This document shows positions 1 through 12,968 of a stretch of 64,000 bases of DNA, in pieces. Within the stretch, counting starts at the first letter, position 1; each line of letters begins with the position of its first letter. The notes beneath the pieces are model-generated. The model saw only the letters and a list, made by a program, of their open reading frames with translations. It was not told where the DNA came from and did not search any database. The translations under genes and the position numbers were made by a program. The stretch is from the NCBI RefSeq assembly GCF_006345805.1, contig NC_043009.1:48918001-48982000 (forward strand), in the 5' to 3' direction. Source of the DNA: Octopus sinensis (lineage: Eukaryota).

Positions 1-1589
1 TATGCAGGTTGTCACAATGCAGCTCATATAATTTACTACTGCATCTGACATTGTGTCGCATATTTCTCACCTCGGCGGCGGGATACATATCTGGGTAGAT
101 ACAGCTTGGATGTTATCTCATCGTTCGGCCGACTACAGATGCCATAGAAACGCTTGATTAGGGTTAAGCACAATAACAACAGCAACAGAAATGGCGTGAT
201 GGAGTTTATTTGCTTTTATATGTCTCGCCCATCATTGTTTTTTTTTTCTCATCAGGTTTGGGCCGAGGCTAAACATCAATAAGAAGAACGATCGAACATG
301 TAAACAATTGTACCCCCTGTGAGAGAAACAGCAATCAAAACACTTTTATATCACACCGTACCACTTCAGAATAGGTGACATTAGGCAATACTAAGACTAG
401 CTGAACAAACTAGAACGCATTTAATGCAACGCATTTAACCATCGGTCAGCAGGATCAAATTTGACTCGGGAATGAACAATAAGAATAAAAATAACTGTAA
501 TTTGGTGCACTGTTGGCACCAAATATTTGACCATTTAGTTCAGTCATGAGAAAAATGCGACTCGCCGGGCTTTCGGAAAGGTACACCGAACGAAAAAGCA
601 TCATTGGTATTTTTTGGTTGCGCGGCCTTTCCTGATGATGACGCATGTCTTATATTGCCTGCTTCCCCAAAAAGGGGTTGCCTAAACGTGATTTAGTCTG
701 AGATAAATACACATCATATCGAAGGAATGGATTCAGGATGTAGACAAATGTACGTACTGAGGCTCATACCTTAACCAAGAGTGTTTCTGAGACAAAAGAA
801 ATATCGGCAACAGAATCGAATCCGGATCGCTAAATTGCATCTTTAGTAGCATATCATCACATAAGCATCAACGTTTGCCGTTCGTCGTATCAATCTCTTA
901 ATGATCTTTTAATGAGATCAACCGATGTCGACTTGTAATGTTTTGTGCAAATAAAAGCATTCGTTATTTTATTTTATGTATGTATGAATAGATAGAAAAT
1001 ACTGTTATGTAATTCCTTAAGGGAGTTGCAAGCAAATACTTCGTTCATCTAGAGAAGTGTTTATTGAATAGAGACAAAGAGAACTAATACAAATGAATCG
1101 ATAATTTATACTGGTCTCAAGTGAGAGGTGTTGAGTTGTTGAGCTAAATACGACAACGCTGCCTTGTAAATAGAACAGCAGAAAGGATGTAGTTAGAAAC
1201 CACCACTACTATCAACAACAACAGTAACAACAACAATAATAATAATATTAGTTTAGGATTGTCAGCAGGACAACAGATGTTATAAAACTAAGGATGTGGA
1301 TGCGACTTAGTCAGTGGTTGATGCGAAATCCTTCGTTGTCAATAGATAAAAATAATATCAAAGCTATTGGCGAAAGTCCACGAGAGATGATTGATATCGT
1401 TTAATGCTGTTGATCTAATACACAGCAGTCATTACAGCTATAATACTGTTCCTATTTCCGCGTCTGTAATTCGCAGTTGATACTAATGCCATAACTGGAA
1501 TAAATAAGGAGTTCGGTTAAAGAGCTGGCTAGTACAATTGAATCGTTCCCTTGTCCGTACGCGTAGCTTCAATGTGGATCATTAAAAGA

Positions 1590-1940
1590 GTCGAACTGAA
1601 CTCAGTTAATGATATCATCACGGTCCAGGGTCTTCGCTTAGAAATATGTAATTAAATGAATTATTACTTCTAACAGTAGGAAATTTGTGGAGATTCAGGT
1701 AGCTTTCGTAAGCTACTAGTACTGAGTTCGGATCTTCTCTCTGCTCTGGGCCTTCACACAAGTTTTTATAGACTTTTTGTAAACCATGGAAGGGTGCGAA
1801 CATGAAATGGGTAAATGGCTTCAAATTCTTGGGATCGTAGACAGGAAGCTCCGGCAGAAGCAACGGTCAGTTTTGGTCAGTATTGAACGGGATGTCTGCA
1901 ATATGGTCAAACAAACCTAATGACCTCAAAATATCTGTTA
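1590..1940 (+). mobile_element. Decayed RTE-clade LINE, end of the RT domain (part 1 of an interrupted fragment)
   Basis: The + frame reads VNGFKFLGS*...WSVLNGMSAIWSNKPNDLKIS, matching the RTE ORF2 pattern V.DFKYLGS...AW.ALNK...IWKSNL...LKI. It continues at 2770 after a SINE insertion. The left boundary is approximate. Confidence 0.6.
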
Positions 1941-1943
1941 ATC

Positions 1944-2175
1944 CTTTACTTGTTTCAGTCATTATACTGCGGCCATACTGGGGCACCGCCTTGAGAGATT
2001 TTAGTCGAGAGATTTTAGTCGAGTGAATCGACCCCAGTACTTACTTCCTTTTTAAGCCTGGGACTTATTTTATCAGTCTGTTTTGTCGAACCGCTAAATT
2101 ACGGGGACATAAACACACCAACGCCGATTGTCAAGCGGTACGGAGATGGAAACACACATATATTATATACATACA

Positions 2176-2211
<36 letters not shown>

Positions 2212-2345
2212 TCCACCTGGCTTCTTTAAGTTTCCGTTGGCCAAATCGCCACACAAGAAGTTAGTCGGCCAGAGGCTACATTAGAAGATACTTGCCCAAG
2301 ATGCCGCATAGTAGGATAACATCCAAGGCAGTGAGGTTTGGAAAC
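1944..2345 (-). mobile_element. tRNA-derived SINE family A (body and tail), inserted in the RTE fragment
   Basis: Begins with the family tail ctttacttgtttcagtc, then gaaccgctaaattacgggga, an internal (TACA)n tract and agaagatacttgcccaag. Colinear with the copies at 10896, 37578 and 38874. Confidence 0.85.
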
Positions 2346-2515
2346 ATACTTCTTTATTTCATTATTTTGGCTATGAAAGCCGTACACAGATGAAGAAGCT
2401 GCGGGCTGGACAAATACATTAATGAGATGAGGTGAATGATGAACAGCATGGTATTGATGAGAGAAGACAAAAGCCGCCCACCGATCTTTGCTTCTCTAAA
2501 ACATTATTCTTTTGT

Positions 2516-2699
2516 GAACTTACAATTTGAGGCAATAAACCTCTTACCAATATTTCTTTTGCACTCAAGGTCCTTACAATGAGGCACTAAGCCTCTTACC
2601 TCAGATGACACCATGTCCTTGAAATGAGGCACTTGGCCTCTTACAATTTTCTTCTGATATGCCATATGCCCTTTCAATATGAGGCGCTCGTCCTCTTAC
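2516..2699. repeat. Degenerate minisatellite, 4 units of 45-55 bp with a palindromic 20-bp core
   Basis: tgaggcaataaacctcttac (2528), tgaggcactaagcctcttac (2580), tgaggcacttggcctcttac (2625), tgaggcgctcgtcctcttac (2680). Confidence 0.75.
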
Positions 2700-2721
2700 T
2701 TTTACAATTTACCGCCCCGCG

Positions 2722-2754
2722 CTAAAACTGCTTACCACACGGCTACGCCTGTGC
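2722..2754 (-). mobile_element. Displaced 5' head of a SINE family A copy
   Basis: cttaccacacggctacgcctgtgcct matches the family head cttaccacacagccactcctgcgcct. Confidence 0.6.
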
Positions 2755-2769
2755 CTATATGTATAGTTA

Positions 2770-3190
2770 TTTGTTTTTTAGATTTGCTGTAGGAAGCATA
2801 TTGAGATATAGATCGAAATGCAGAATACTTACAGAAGCAATAGAAGCAGGCTGGGTGGTTTTACCAAAATGTTTGAAGAGAGAGAAATCGTTTCTTTGAA
2901 GCAAAATTTACTGAGCAGTTTATTGTAGGGAAATCCATTACTATTAACAGAAACCATAAAACGACGCATTACTCTTGGCGAAAAAAATGGTAAATTTTAT
3001 AACTCCTTCGCCAAATCTGCTGCATTATGGGAACCAGGTAATGATGAAAGAAGTAAATGTAGAAATTGTCAAATATATATGCAGGTGATTCTACAGCGCA
3101 CGGAGCTGAAAAATACTTCTTCCAGACGTTATATGCGGCTGGTCCATGGAAGAGGATGTCTAGTGAGATCCGTGTGTACTCAAGATGATA
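2770..3190 (+). mobile_element. Decayed RTE-clade LINE, ORF2 C-terminus (part 2)
   Basis: With frameshifts: FRFAVGSILRYRSKCRILTEAIEA...GNPLLLTETIKRR...ALWEPG...PWKRMSSEIRVYSR*. This matches the RTE pattern FRATVESILLYGSECWTLT...LP.ITETIKRRRL...LLWEP...WR.R..EIR.SSR. Confidence 0.7.
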
Positions 3191-3512
3191 CGATAGCAGT
3201 TCTGTCTCAACAGCTATGCATTTAAATAGATCAATTCTATATCCTTCACCAAGTCTTCGCATTGACAAGTTCAATCACTATCCAAATATCTGCAATCTAA
3301 GAATGGTGGTATCAATAATCTGGCATTGCTCTAACCAATTCTGTCATCAGTGATATATTATAAATTCCTTTTAACTAAACGGTGATATATCAATAACTAA
3401 TAATATTTAGATTTGTGTTTTTGCGTTGTCACTTTATCTTCCTACATCAGTCGTTTGAATAATCGGTTACGTGAAAATGAGTCTTTGCGACACAAGTAAC
3501 ATTTCTTGCATA

Positions 3513-3547
<35 letters not shown>

Positions 3548-3936
3548 ATATATACATATTATATGTTGTATGTACGAACATTGACCTATTCTCGTTATTT
3601 ATATATATGAATATATACACACATATGAGTAATTATGTGTATAGTTATAGTTATACACGTTTAGCTATAAAAAATGTCTATAGGGATACAAGCGGATCAC
3701 ATGCAGGCATTTATTAGCCTTCGTTTTCAAATACGGGCACACATATATACATTAATAGAGTAGAGATGCACAATCACACACGAATATATAGTGTGTGTGC
3801 CTCTGTGTGTGTGTGCATGCGTTTGTGTGTGTGTGTATGTGTGTATACATATATCTAATACGAACATATATACAACATATCTATATGAATGCGTACAATA
3901 CATATATGTATATATATATATCTATATCTATCTATG

Positions 3937-3999
<63 letters not shown>

Positions 4000-4869
4000 A
4001 TGTATGTATCGTATACATATACGTATACAGCCACACATTGAGAAGCAAATTCCCCCATTAATCATGAAGGAGGTAACATGATCTATGTCAACAACTCTCC
4101 GCTTCACACCACGAAGCACACAATAAGTGACCTCATGTGGAGTCTGTGCTATACAAAATAAAGCAAATACTTAAGAAATGTTCAAACACGAATCGTGGTT
4201 CCTCCTAATCTTCCGATGCCCCAGATCCTGTGTTTGATTTCAGGGAAATTATTAAGAGGAATGGCAAATACTAGAGTCTGAAAGGAAACCATTGTTGTTG
4301 GGAAGAACCTGAGAAAGAAAGAAATGAATAGCGAAGCCCAACCTTCAGTAGGTGTTTGGTTGCCGAGTAGGAAACGAATGTATGTATAAATATCCGTGTA
4401 AAGGTACGCTTACATCTATGTATACGTACGTAGATATATACAACCCCACCACACACACGCACATACGCACGCACACACACACACTCATAAACACACACTC
4501 ATACACACACGTATAAATGTGAATGTATAGACATTTCTTCTATGCATATACTTACTAGTTGTGTGTGTGTGTGTCGACGTACATGGATACATACACACAC
4601 ACATATATATATATATATACATATATATGCATGTATGCACATTTATGCATTCATACACACACACACACATATAAAAAGAGAGAGAGAGAGAGTGTGTGTG
4701 TGTGTGTGTTTGTGTGCCAGACTTACAGTCAGAGAAGCAAAAATTCGATGAAGATGTGTCTCCGTCGTTTTCGACGATTAGCACTAAAGTTCTTAAATAA
4801 CCCAAACTGATTTATATTGTAAACCACAGTCAGATATACTGTTTATATCAATTTCTAGCAAGAATGTTC

Positions 4870-5035
4870 CTTTCCACCAAAAGCACAAGACGTTAAATTT
4901 GCGGAGGGGGCTAGTGGATTGTATTGGTTCCGGTGTTTCACTGGTACTTAATTTTTCGACCCCCGAAAGCATTAAAGGCAAAGTTGACCTCGGTGTAATT
5001 TGAAATCGAGGAACAGACAGACGAAATATGTTGTG
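4870..5035 (-). mobile_element. SINE family B, diverged
   Basis: ctggtacttaatttttcgacccccgaaagcattaaaggcaaagttgacctcgg core. Confidence 0.7.
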
Positions 5036-5240
5036 GAAAACATATATGTATGCATTCATATAGATATATACATATGTGTGTATGTTCGTATTAGATACAT
5101 ACATGCGTACATGTATATACATACATACGCATATATATTCATACATATATATATACACATGCGTATACATATATATATATATATACACATATTTGTACAT
5201 TATATATGTATACAAACATTCATACGCAGACACGCACGCG

Positions 5241-5272
<32 letters not shown>

Positions 5273-6214
5273 CATATGTATATATAGACACATACACGGA
5301 TACATACATATGTCTGTGTGTGTTGCTGTGTGACTATGTGTATGCGCATATGTATGTATAACTAAACGAACGTATATACAAATGTATATACACACCTATA
5401 TACATTCATGTATACATAATAAAAAGTATATATTTATGCCTACCATGTGTGCGTGTGTGTGTGTATTGAGTGTATCTGTGTGTGTGTCTGTGTGTGTGTG
5501 TGTGTGTATGCGGTTGTCGGTGGTAACAATTCGTTGTAGAAGGAATGTGACATGTTTTGAACAAAAGCGTCTCTTTTATGAAGCTGTGTTCAATGGACTC
5601 GGCTAACCTTGTTCAGTGTTGTGAATATAACACACGGCCCAATTAAAAAAAAGAAAAACAAAAAGAAAAACCAATAACACTGCCAACAATTGAGCAATTT
5701 TTTTGTTGTTCTTCTCTACACTTACTCTTGTCCATTCTTTACAAACACTGATTGGTGTATACGTAATTAAGAAGAAAAGACTCGTTTAAATATTAAACTG
5801 TGTGATAACAGCGTGAGGCAAGCAATTTCCTTTTTCTTCTATCTTATTTTGTTTTTTTGTTTTTATTTAGTTTTTGCACGCTTTTATGCTAATCATTTGA
5901 TTATTATTCGTGGAAGCTAATGGTGGTGGTTCTGTTTGATTCAGGCGGTTGACATCTGTCACGTGCAATGACTTCGCCATATTCAAAGTAGACACACGCT
6001 ATAACATACATACGTACACAGACACTCATACACTTTATCTCTTTCACAGACAAATACATATATATATATATATAGATTCACTAAAATTCAAATCTCTGCC
6101 CTAAGCCTATGATGTCTCCAGCTTAAATTAAAAGCCGGAAGAATAACCATATTGACAGTTGGATGTCGCTAAAGTATCCAAAGTCTCCAGCTACGTGAAA
6201 GCTAATAAAGGTTT

Positions 6215-6930
6215 GTGATTTAGGCTCAGGACTTGAAATTTGGACGAGGGAATCATCGATTAAATCGAGCCGAGTTCTTGATTGGCACTTCATTGTGAAT
6301 GAAAGGTAAAGTTAACCACGGCGAGATATGAACTCAGAAAATAAATTGTCGGGACAAACAGTCACAAGGCCAGCAATATTATGAGAGAGTTTAAGTCGAT
6401 TAAATCGACCCTCAGTACTGCAATGCTATCTATTTTATCGAAATGATGAAAGGCAAAGTCGACCTCGGCGGAATTTGAACTCAGAACGTAGCGGCAGACG
6501 AAATACCGCTAAGCATTTCAGCCGGCGATCTAACCTTTCTGCCAGCTCGCCGCCTTTGTTCAACCTAATATTATAACTTCCGATTTCGCTACATGATCAG
6601 AAAAAATAAACGAGGCTTATTAAAGATTAAAAGAGTTGCTTTTGTTGTTTGATATATATTTCATCAATACCGGGATGTTTAAAAGCTAAATCTGTATCGG
6701 TGTGATTTGAATTCAGAGCTTAAAGTGACTTAACTAAATCTCGCTCGACAATTTGTCCGTGACTCTACTGTTTCGACCACCTTATTTCTTTAATGCACAA
6801 GGACAAGTCTTTTTTGTGTTGCTCCGTAAAGGATGAAAGATTAAAGCATCATTAACCTCTGTGGGGATAGAACTGATAATACAAAACGAATTGATTAAAC
6901 ATCATGAAGCTTCTAATTCGATACCGTTCT
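6215..6930 (-). mobile_element. Cluster of about four SINE family B copies; the best preserved is 6385-6556
   Basis: The best copy ends with the intact head ...ctgccagctcgccgcctt and has the B-box rc gaatttgaactcagaac. Diverged cores lie near 6250-6365, 6650-6790 and 6800-6930. Confidence 0.8.
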
Positions 6931-7032
6931 TGAGCATCATACACTGTCTCTAAAAATACTGTTTTTTCTTGAGTCCAAGCAGTCCTAAAACAAGTTTAGA
7001 CCAGTGGTGCCTAGAGTAGAAAAGAATCGTTA

Positions 7033-7375
7033 GTACGCTGTTACGTTCTGAGTTCAAATTCCACCGAGGTCGACTTTGGCTTTTATCCTTTCGGGGTTGG
7101 TAAATTAAGTACCAGTTACGCACTGGCGTTGATATAATCGACTTAATCTGTTTGTATGTCCTTGTTTGTTCTCTCTGTGTTTAGCCCCTTGTGGGTAGTA
7201 AAGAAATAGGCATTTCGTCTGCCGCTACGTTCTCAGTTCAAATTCCGCCGAGGTCGACTTTGCCTTTCATCCTTTCGGGGTCGATGAATTAAGTACCAGT
7301 TGAGTATTGGGATCGATGTAATCGAATTACCCCCTCCTCCATAATTTTAGGCCCTGTGCTTGTAGTAGAAAGAAT
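7033..7375 (+). mobile_element. SINE family B tandem dimer joined by a ~65-bp linker
   Basis: Two ttctgagttcaaattcc.ccgaggtcgactttg cores are separated by the linker ...gtttagccccttgtgggtagtaaagaaatagg. Confidence 0.85.
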
Positions 7376-8531
7376 TATAGCTAAACACTTGGTAACGGAG
7401 TGTCAGATCTAAGCAGTGCAGTGTTATATAATGCACCATTGTAATAAATGTTAATACATCGGACAGGATGAGAAATTCGTGGAAATGTACTCCGAGTGTA
7501 TTCGATCGTGAGAGCAAAAGCAAAAATTCCCTAACATCCATTACATTAATTCAGCTTTAGGGAAAAATCTGGAATTTCATAGAAACGGTTAATTGTCTTT
7601 GTCACAAATAATTAAATAACTGAGAGTCGTATTTGGTGAAGTCGATAGACAAGAAGACTGGAGAATCTAACATTTCAGAGTTTTACTATTTGTCTGAAAG
7701 TGAATGAGAAAGAGAAGGTAACATTGCTGAATCGGTCATCACAGCAATAGAACTGATGAAACTCTTCAACTTTTTGAATTCCTGTATTAATGTGAGGGAA
7801 ACCGTAGTTAAGCAGCATCAACGCAATAGATTTTTTTTGTTGTTAGTTTAGAGAAAAAGAAAAACTCGTATACCGAATTTGAATTTTCTCAACCCCTTAC
7901 AAAACTTGCTATTGTGTCTAACCAGAAAAAAAAAATGTTAAAAAAAACAACAACAAAAAAAAAAAAGAAGAGCAAAAACGAAAATGTTAATTTTGATTTT
8001 TTTTTTCTTCATTCTTGAACAGTGTGTGAAAGTTCCTTTCTGCCAAAGTGTAAAAAGAAAAAGAGAAAATGAAAATGCAACTGAGTAAAATTTTAGTTCC
8101 ATGCAATAATAAATTCTGACTGAGTTCCAAATGTCTTGAGAATATAAAGGCAAAACCACTAAATACAAAAAACAAAAACACAAGCATAATGTTTGAAATG
8201 TTCTGTTTCCGCCTCTCCCTGGCCCTTCACCTTGAATATATTTCTACATGATGAATCTTTTTGCTAATAACTACAAACAAAACAGACGGAGTAAATGGTT
8301 AGATTGTTAATATTATTATTAGTACTATTCTTCTTCTTCTTATTATTATTATTATTCGTATTATTTTTAATAGTTGTTGCAGAGAATTCTCGTGTTCCAT
8401 TTCTCGTTGCACGCAAACAACTCTTCTGCATATTGTTGTGTTTATATGAATATGGTAATACCAAGAGAGTGTTTTCTAATGTAAGAGGCGGTGGTGGGGT
8501 GAAGAGAAGAAGAAGAAGAAGAAGAAGAAGA

Positions 8532-8830
8532 ATGAAGGGATGGATGGGGAGAAGGGAGAGGAGAAAGAGTGGGGCGAACTGAAAAGTTTGAAGGAAACAG
8601 AATAGGAGGAAGACAAAATAAAGAAGAGGAAGAAATGGAAGAAGAAGAAGAAGAAGAAGAAGAAGAAGAAGAAGAAGAAGAAGAAGAAGAAGAAAAATGA
8701 AGGGATGGATAAGGAGAAGGGAGAGGAGAAAGAGTGGGGCGAACTAACTGAAAAGTTTGAAGGAAACAGAATAGGAGGAAGACAAAATAAAGAAGAGGAA
8801 GAAATGGAAGAAGAAGAAGAAGAAGAAGAA
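8532..8830. repeat. Tandem duplication (period 165 bp) bounded by (GAA)n
   Basis: atgaagggatggat...ggggcgaact...gaaaagtttgaaggaaacagaataggagg occurs at 8532 and 8697. Confidence 0.9.
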
Positions 8831-9669
8831 GGAGGAGGAGAAGGAGAAGAAGAAGAAGAAGGGTCGTATGATTACGTTGCTACCAGTGAGTATTGTTGTT
8901 GTTGTTGCTGGTGGTGGTGGTGGTGGTGGTATTAGTGGCGGTAATGCTGCTGGTCTTAGTGTTAACGATGTGTATATATTTTTTGTCCTCCTGTCAGTAT
9001 CTATGCGTGTATATAAGTGTGTGTAAATGTGTGTTTGTATGTGCTTCTGTGCGTAGCGTCTAGCCAGAATAAAGAGAATTCTACACGTTCTACAAGAGAA
9101 CCAATACTGATGAAATCGATAAGAATGTGAAATGCTTATCTAAAATTCTGCAGTTCGTGCCCAGCAACTGTTTCTGTGAAGTGCCCATAATCCGAGTCTG
9201 GTTTTCACTTAGATGTATGCAACGCATAAAGAACTACAGCTCATGGAAGGGCGGCTCGATGTAAGTCGGTTGATGGGAGGGCGGCTCGATGGCTAACACA
9301 GTTGTGGTGATTCTACGGTCAATAGAACCGAATACACTATTCTGGGACCGTAGACTATCAGAAATACTGGCTTCAGAATGAGATATGCTAACAGCGACCT
9401 GGCAGTATTAAACTGTGATGCCGATTGCTTATTGTGTAGTGGTACACGTTTCAAATTTGCTCATGAACGCTGTTTGATGAGGAAGTGATTCCGTTATACT
9501 CATATAATACAAATGTATGCGATCATGCACCACAAATATATAGATCAACCAAGTAGGTAGTCCTTGGATCATCGGTTCAGTTCCAAGTTGGAAATAGTAG
9601 CTAAATATCATTTGAATCAAAAACCAGTATGAAGTGTATAAGGATGCATAAGAGAACTGGACTATCAAC

Positions 9670-9904
9670 TGAACAGGCTAGCCATGCCAGGCTCATAAGG
9701 GCTGTTTCCCCGGTAGAAATTCCCCAGCTGGACGGGACGCCGGTCCGTCGTAGGATTACTAATTTTTGCCTGCTGAGTGGACTAGAGCAACGTGAAATGA
9801 AGTGTTTTGCTCAAGAACACAACGCATCGCCCGGTCCAGGAATCGAAACCACAACATTACGATCATGAGCTCAACACCCTAACCATTAAGCCGCGAGCCT
9901 CCAC
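9670..9904 (-). mobile_element. SINE family C (CORE-like middle M1 + tail T1)
   Basis: rc: A-box ggcttaatggttagg, B-box ggtttcgattcc, CORE-like gttgtgttcttgagcaaaacacttcatttcacgttgctc, tail ggaccggcgtcccgtccag...cccttatgagcc. Confidence 0.85.
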
Positions 9905-10348
9905 TCACTGCCATATATACATACACAAAAATGCTCACACACACACACACATACACACTTTCACACACATGTATATGTGTGTGTGTGTGTGAGGGGTATG
10001 TGTGAACCTAACACACATTTTCTTTTTCCTAACACGCTTCCCTCTTTCGTTGTTTACTTATATCTCTTCTGCTGTGCATCGACTCCTCCTGGAATTCTCT
10101 TAAGTACTCGAAGAAAGACTATATTTGAAACGTTATACTTGTACTCTACAAACGTTATTCTTTTTTCTATTCTCTTTGATAATACTTAATAATACTGTGG
10201 CCACCGCTTTGACATTTGTCGTATGTTATTTTGTATATTCGATTTCCTTCTTATATATGTATATATATGCGTGTGTGTACGTGTGCTTGTGTATGTTCGT
10301 ATAATTGCATATATATATATATATATATAAAGAGAGAGAAAAACAGAC

Positions 10349-10387
<39 letters not shown>

Positions 10388-10519
10388 CAGGGTGTTCGGG
10401 TTGCATTTGACTATTTTTTATGCCGTCTATTTTCAGGAACAGCTTGATATACTTGTTAACAATTAACGATGATGGCGTTGAGAAAAAGTTAGCTGACATG
10501 TAGCTCTGGCAGTTATCTG

Positions 10520-10895
10520 AATATTGGAATAGCTACTTATATTATGATGATTCGCCCCGAGTACCAAAATGCTGGCATCATGATTACTACTCAATGCTCT
10601 CTGAACATTGTAAAGGCTGTAACATATGACATGGACAGCTACAACGTAGAGTGCGAAGCCATACTATAACGGCCAAAGATTTTCTACAATTTCTCTAGCC
10701 ACCTAATGCCCGCAATTGTAGTAGCATAGATTACTAAATGTGGGCGGCGGTCGAGAAAGACACCAAACGCACTGGCTGCAACGCCAAGGCCAAGCTTTGT
10801 GGCCAAAATCAAGGAGGTTTCCGAAATTCTTCTCGGGGACAGAGTGGTGGATGCAAGTGCCAGATTCCGGTATGGTGGAAGTAAAGGGCAAGTAC
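10520..10895 (+). mobile_element. Possible highly decayed CR1-like LINE 3' fragment
   Basis: Weak motif echoes only: IMMIRPEYQNAG (cf. VRP.LEYA), LQRRVR (cf. VQRRATK), LGDRVVDA (cf. FS.RVV..WN). Confidence 0.3.
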
Positions 10896-11107
10896 TTTAC
10901 TCTTTTACTCCTTTACTTGTTTCAGTCATTTGACTGCGGCCATGCAGGAGCACCACCTTTAGTCGAGCAAATCGACCCCAGGTCTTATTCTTTGTAAGCC
11001 TATCGGGTTCTTTTGCAGAACCGCTAAGTTACGGGGACGTAAACACACCACCATCGGTTGTCAAGCGATGTTGGAGGGACAAACACAGACACACAAACTC
11101 GCACACT

Positions 11108-11165
<58 letters not shown>

Positions 11166-11279
11166 GTGTGTATATATATATATGTATATATACATACATA
11201 TATACGACGGGCTTCTTTCAGTTTCCGCTAACCAAATCCACTCACAAGGCAAACACAGACACACAAACTCACACACACA

Positions 11280-11359
<80 letters not shown>

Positions 11360-11453
11360 ATATATATATGTATATATACATACATATATACGACGGGCTT
11401 CTTTCAGTTTCCGCTAACCAAATCCACTCACAAGGCAAACACAGACACACAAA

Positions 11454-11538
<85 letters not shown>

Positions 11539-11712
11539 ATATATATATATGTATATATACATACATATATACGACGGGCTTCTTTCAGTTTCCGCTAACC
11601 AAATCCACTCACAAGGCTTTGGTGGAAGACACATGCCCAAGGTACCACGCAGTGGGACTGAACCCGGAACAATGTGGTTGGTTAGAAAGCTACTTACCAC
11701 ACAGCCACTCCT
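10896..11712 (-). mobile_element. SINE family A with an internal segment triplicated
   Basis: Tail at 10896 and head ending at 11712. Units at 11081-11250, 11251-11436 and 11437-11617. Confidence 0.9.
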
Positions 11713-12659
11713 ACATTGTTATTTCATAGCTGTAATCCAGTTGATATTTTCTGATTTTTTAAAACACTTTAAATTTCGGATGGGATATTGTGATTGTTTT
11801 ATTTTCCGTATATGCAAACAGTGGGATTTAATCCTCTCAACGTGTGTGTGTTAATGTGTTTGTGTGCGTGTGTGTGTGTGCTTGTGTGTGTATGTTTGTG
11901 TGTTTGTGTGCGTGTGTGTGTGTTTGTGTGTGTGTATTTGTGTGGAGCTGTACAAGGGTTTTGAAAACTTACTTGAAAAGGAGTTGAATTGCGCCAGAGG
12001 TGAATTATAATAACAAGAATGGCGATAACAACCTACAATAACTATGACAAATAACAATGACGAATAGAAAAAGAGGAAGACGAGAAAAAAAGAAAGAAAA
12101 AAGAATAAAAACCAAACTAATATTGAATATCACTTTGTAGAACAAAAAAAAAACAGAAGAAAGAAATGTTAGAGACAAGGCAATATAATTTAACGTGATG
12201 TACCATTAAATAGCCAATAAATACCTGATCACATGTCAATCGATCAACACAAGAAAAGAAAAAAAACAACACAGAAACTCACACAGTCAGACTCACCAAC
12301 ACACACACGCATCCATACAAGTAAAGACAAAGGAAGAATATAAAAAAGATAACTTCACACATTTAGATAAAGTATATATATATATATATATATTTATATA
12401 TACGGTGTAGCCATATAGCTCCATCTGAAAACATAATGAACTATATTGTTCAGTTTTATCTTCTGACTTCAAAACATTTGTCATTACTAATCGTCTAAGA
12501 CAAGAGCCTATACCTATTTATCCCTCACTACACATTCGGTTATCATCTCTGTTAGACGATGAAACGAACGGGCATAACCTACGTGTGTATATTATCCGTA
12601 CGTATGTGTGTTTGCATGTGTACGTGTAAGTATGTATGTTTGTATGTATGTGTGCATAT

Positions 12660-12668
12660 ATTTATAAT

Positions 12669-12718
<50 letters not shown>

Positions 12719-12811
12719 AACATACATATATATATACACACACACACACAAGTAGGTATGTAAATATACATATGCACATAAAATTATTTGTATATATGCA
12801 TGTGTATATGC

Positions 12812-12856
<45 letters not shown>

Positions 12857-12864
12857 ATATATAC

Positions 12865-12907
<43 letters not shown>

Positions 12908-12910
12908 TAT

Positions 12911-12968
<58 letters not shown>

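Noticed and set aside
256-955. Possible terminal exon (strong acceptor at 255, AATAAA at 950)
   Set aside because: All frames stop quickly without recognisable homology, and there is no upstream context in the window.
2528-2699. CRISPR array
   Set aside because: The context is eukaryotic with no cas genes, the repeats are degenerate, and the spacers resemble each other. Treated as a minisatellite.
1618-3274. Protein-like minus ORFs 1618-1863 and 2969-3274
   Set aside because: They are antisense to the decayed RTE LINE on the + strand.
10102-10140. Hammerhead-like relic (ctcgaaga...gaaacgtt, aagta/tactt)
   Set aside because: It needs an insertion in the core, stem II is broken and stem I is offset. 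Possibly a relic, but not supportable.
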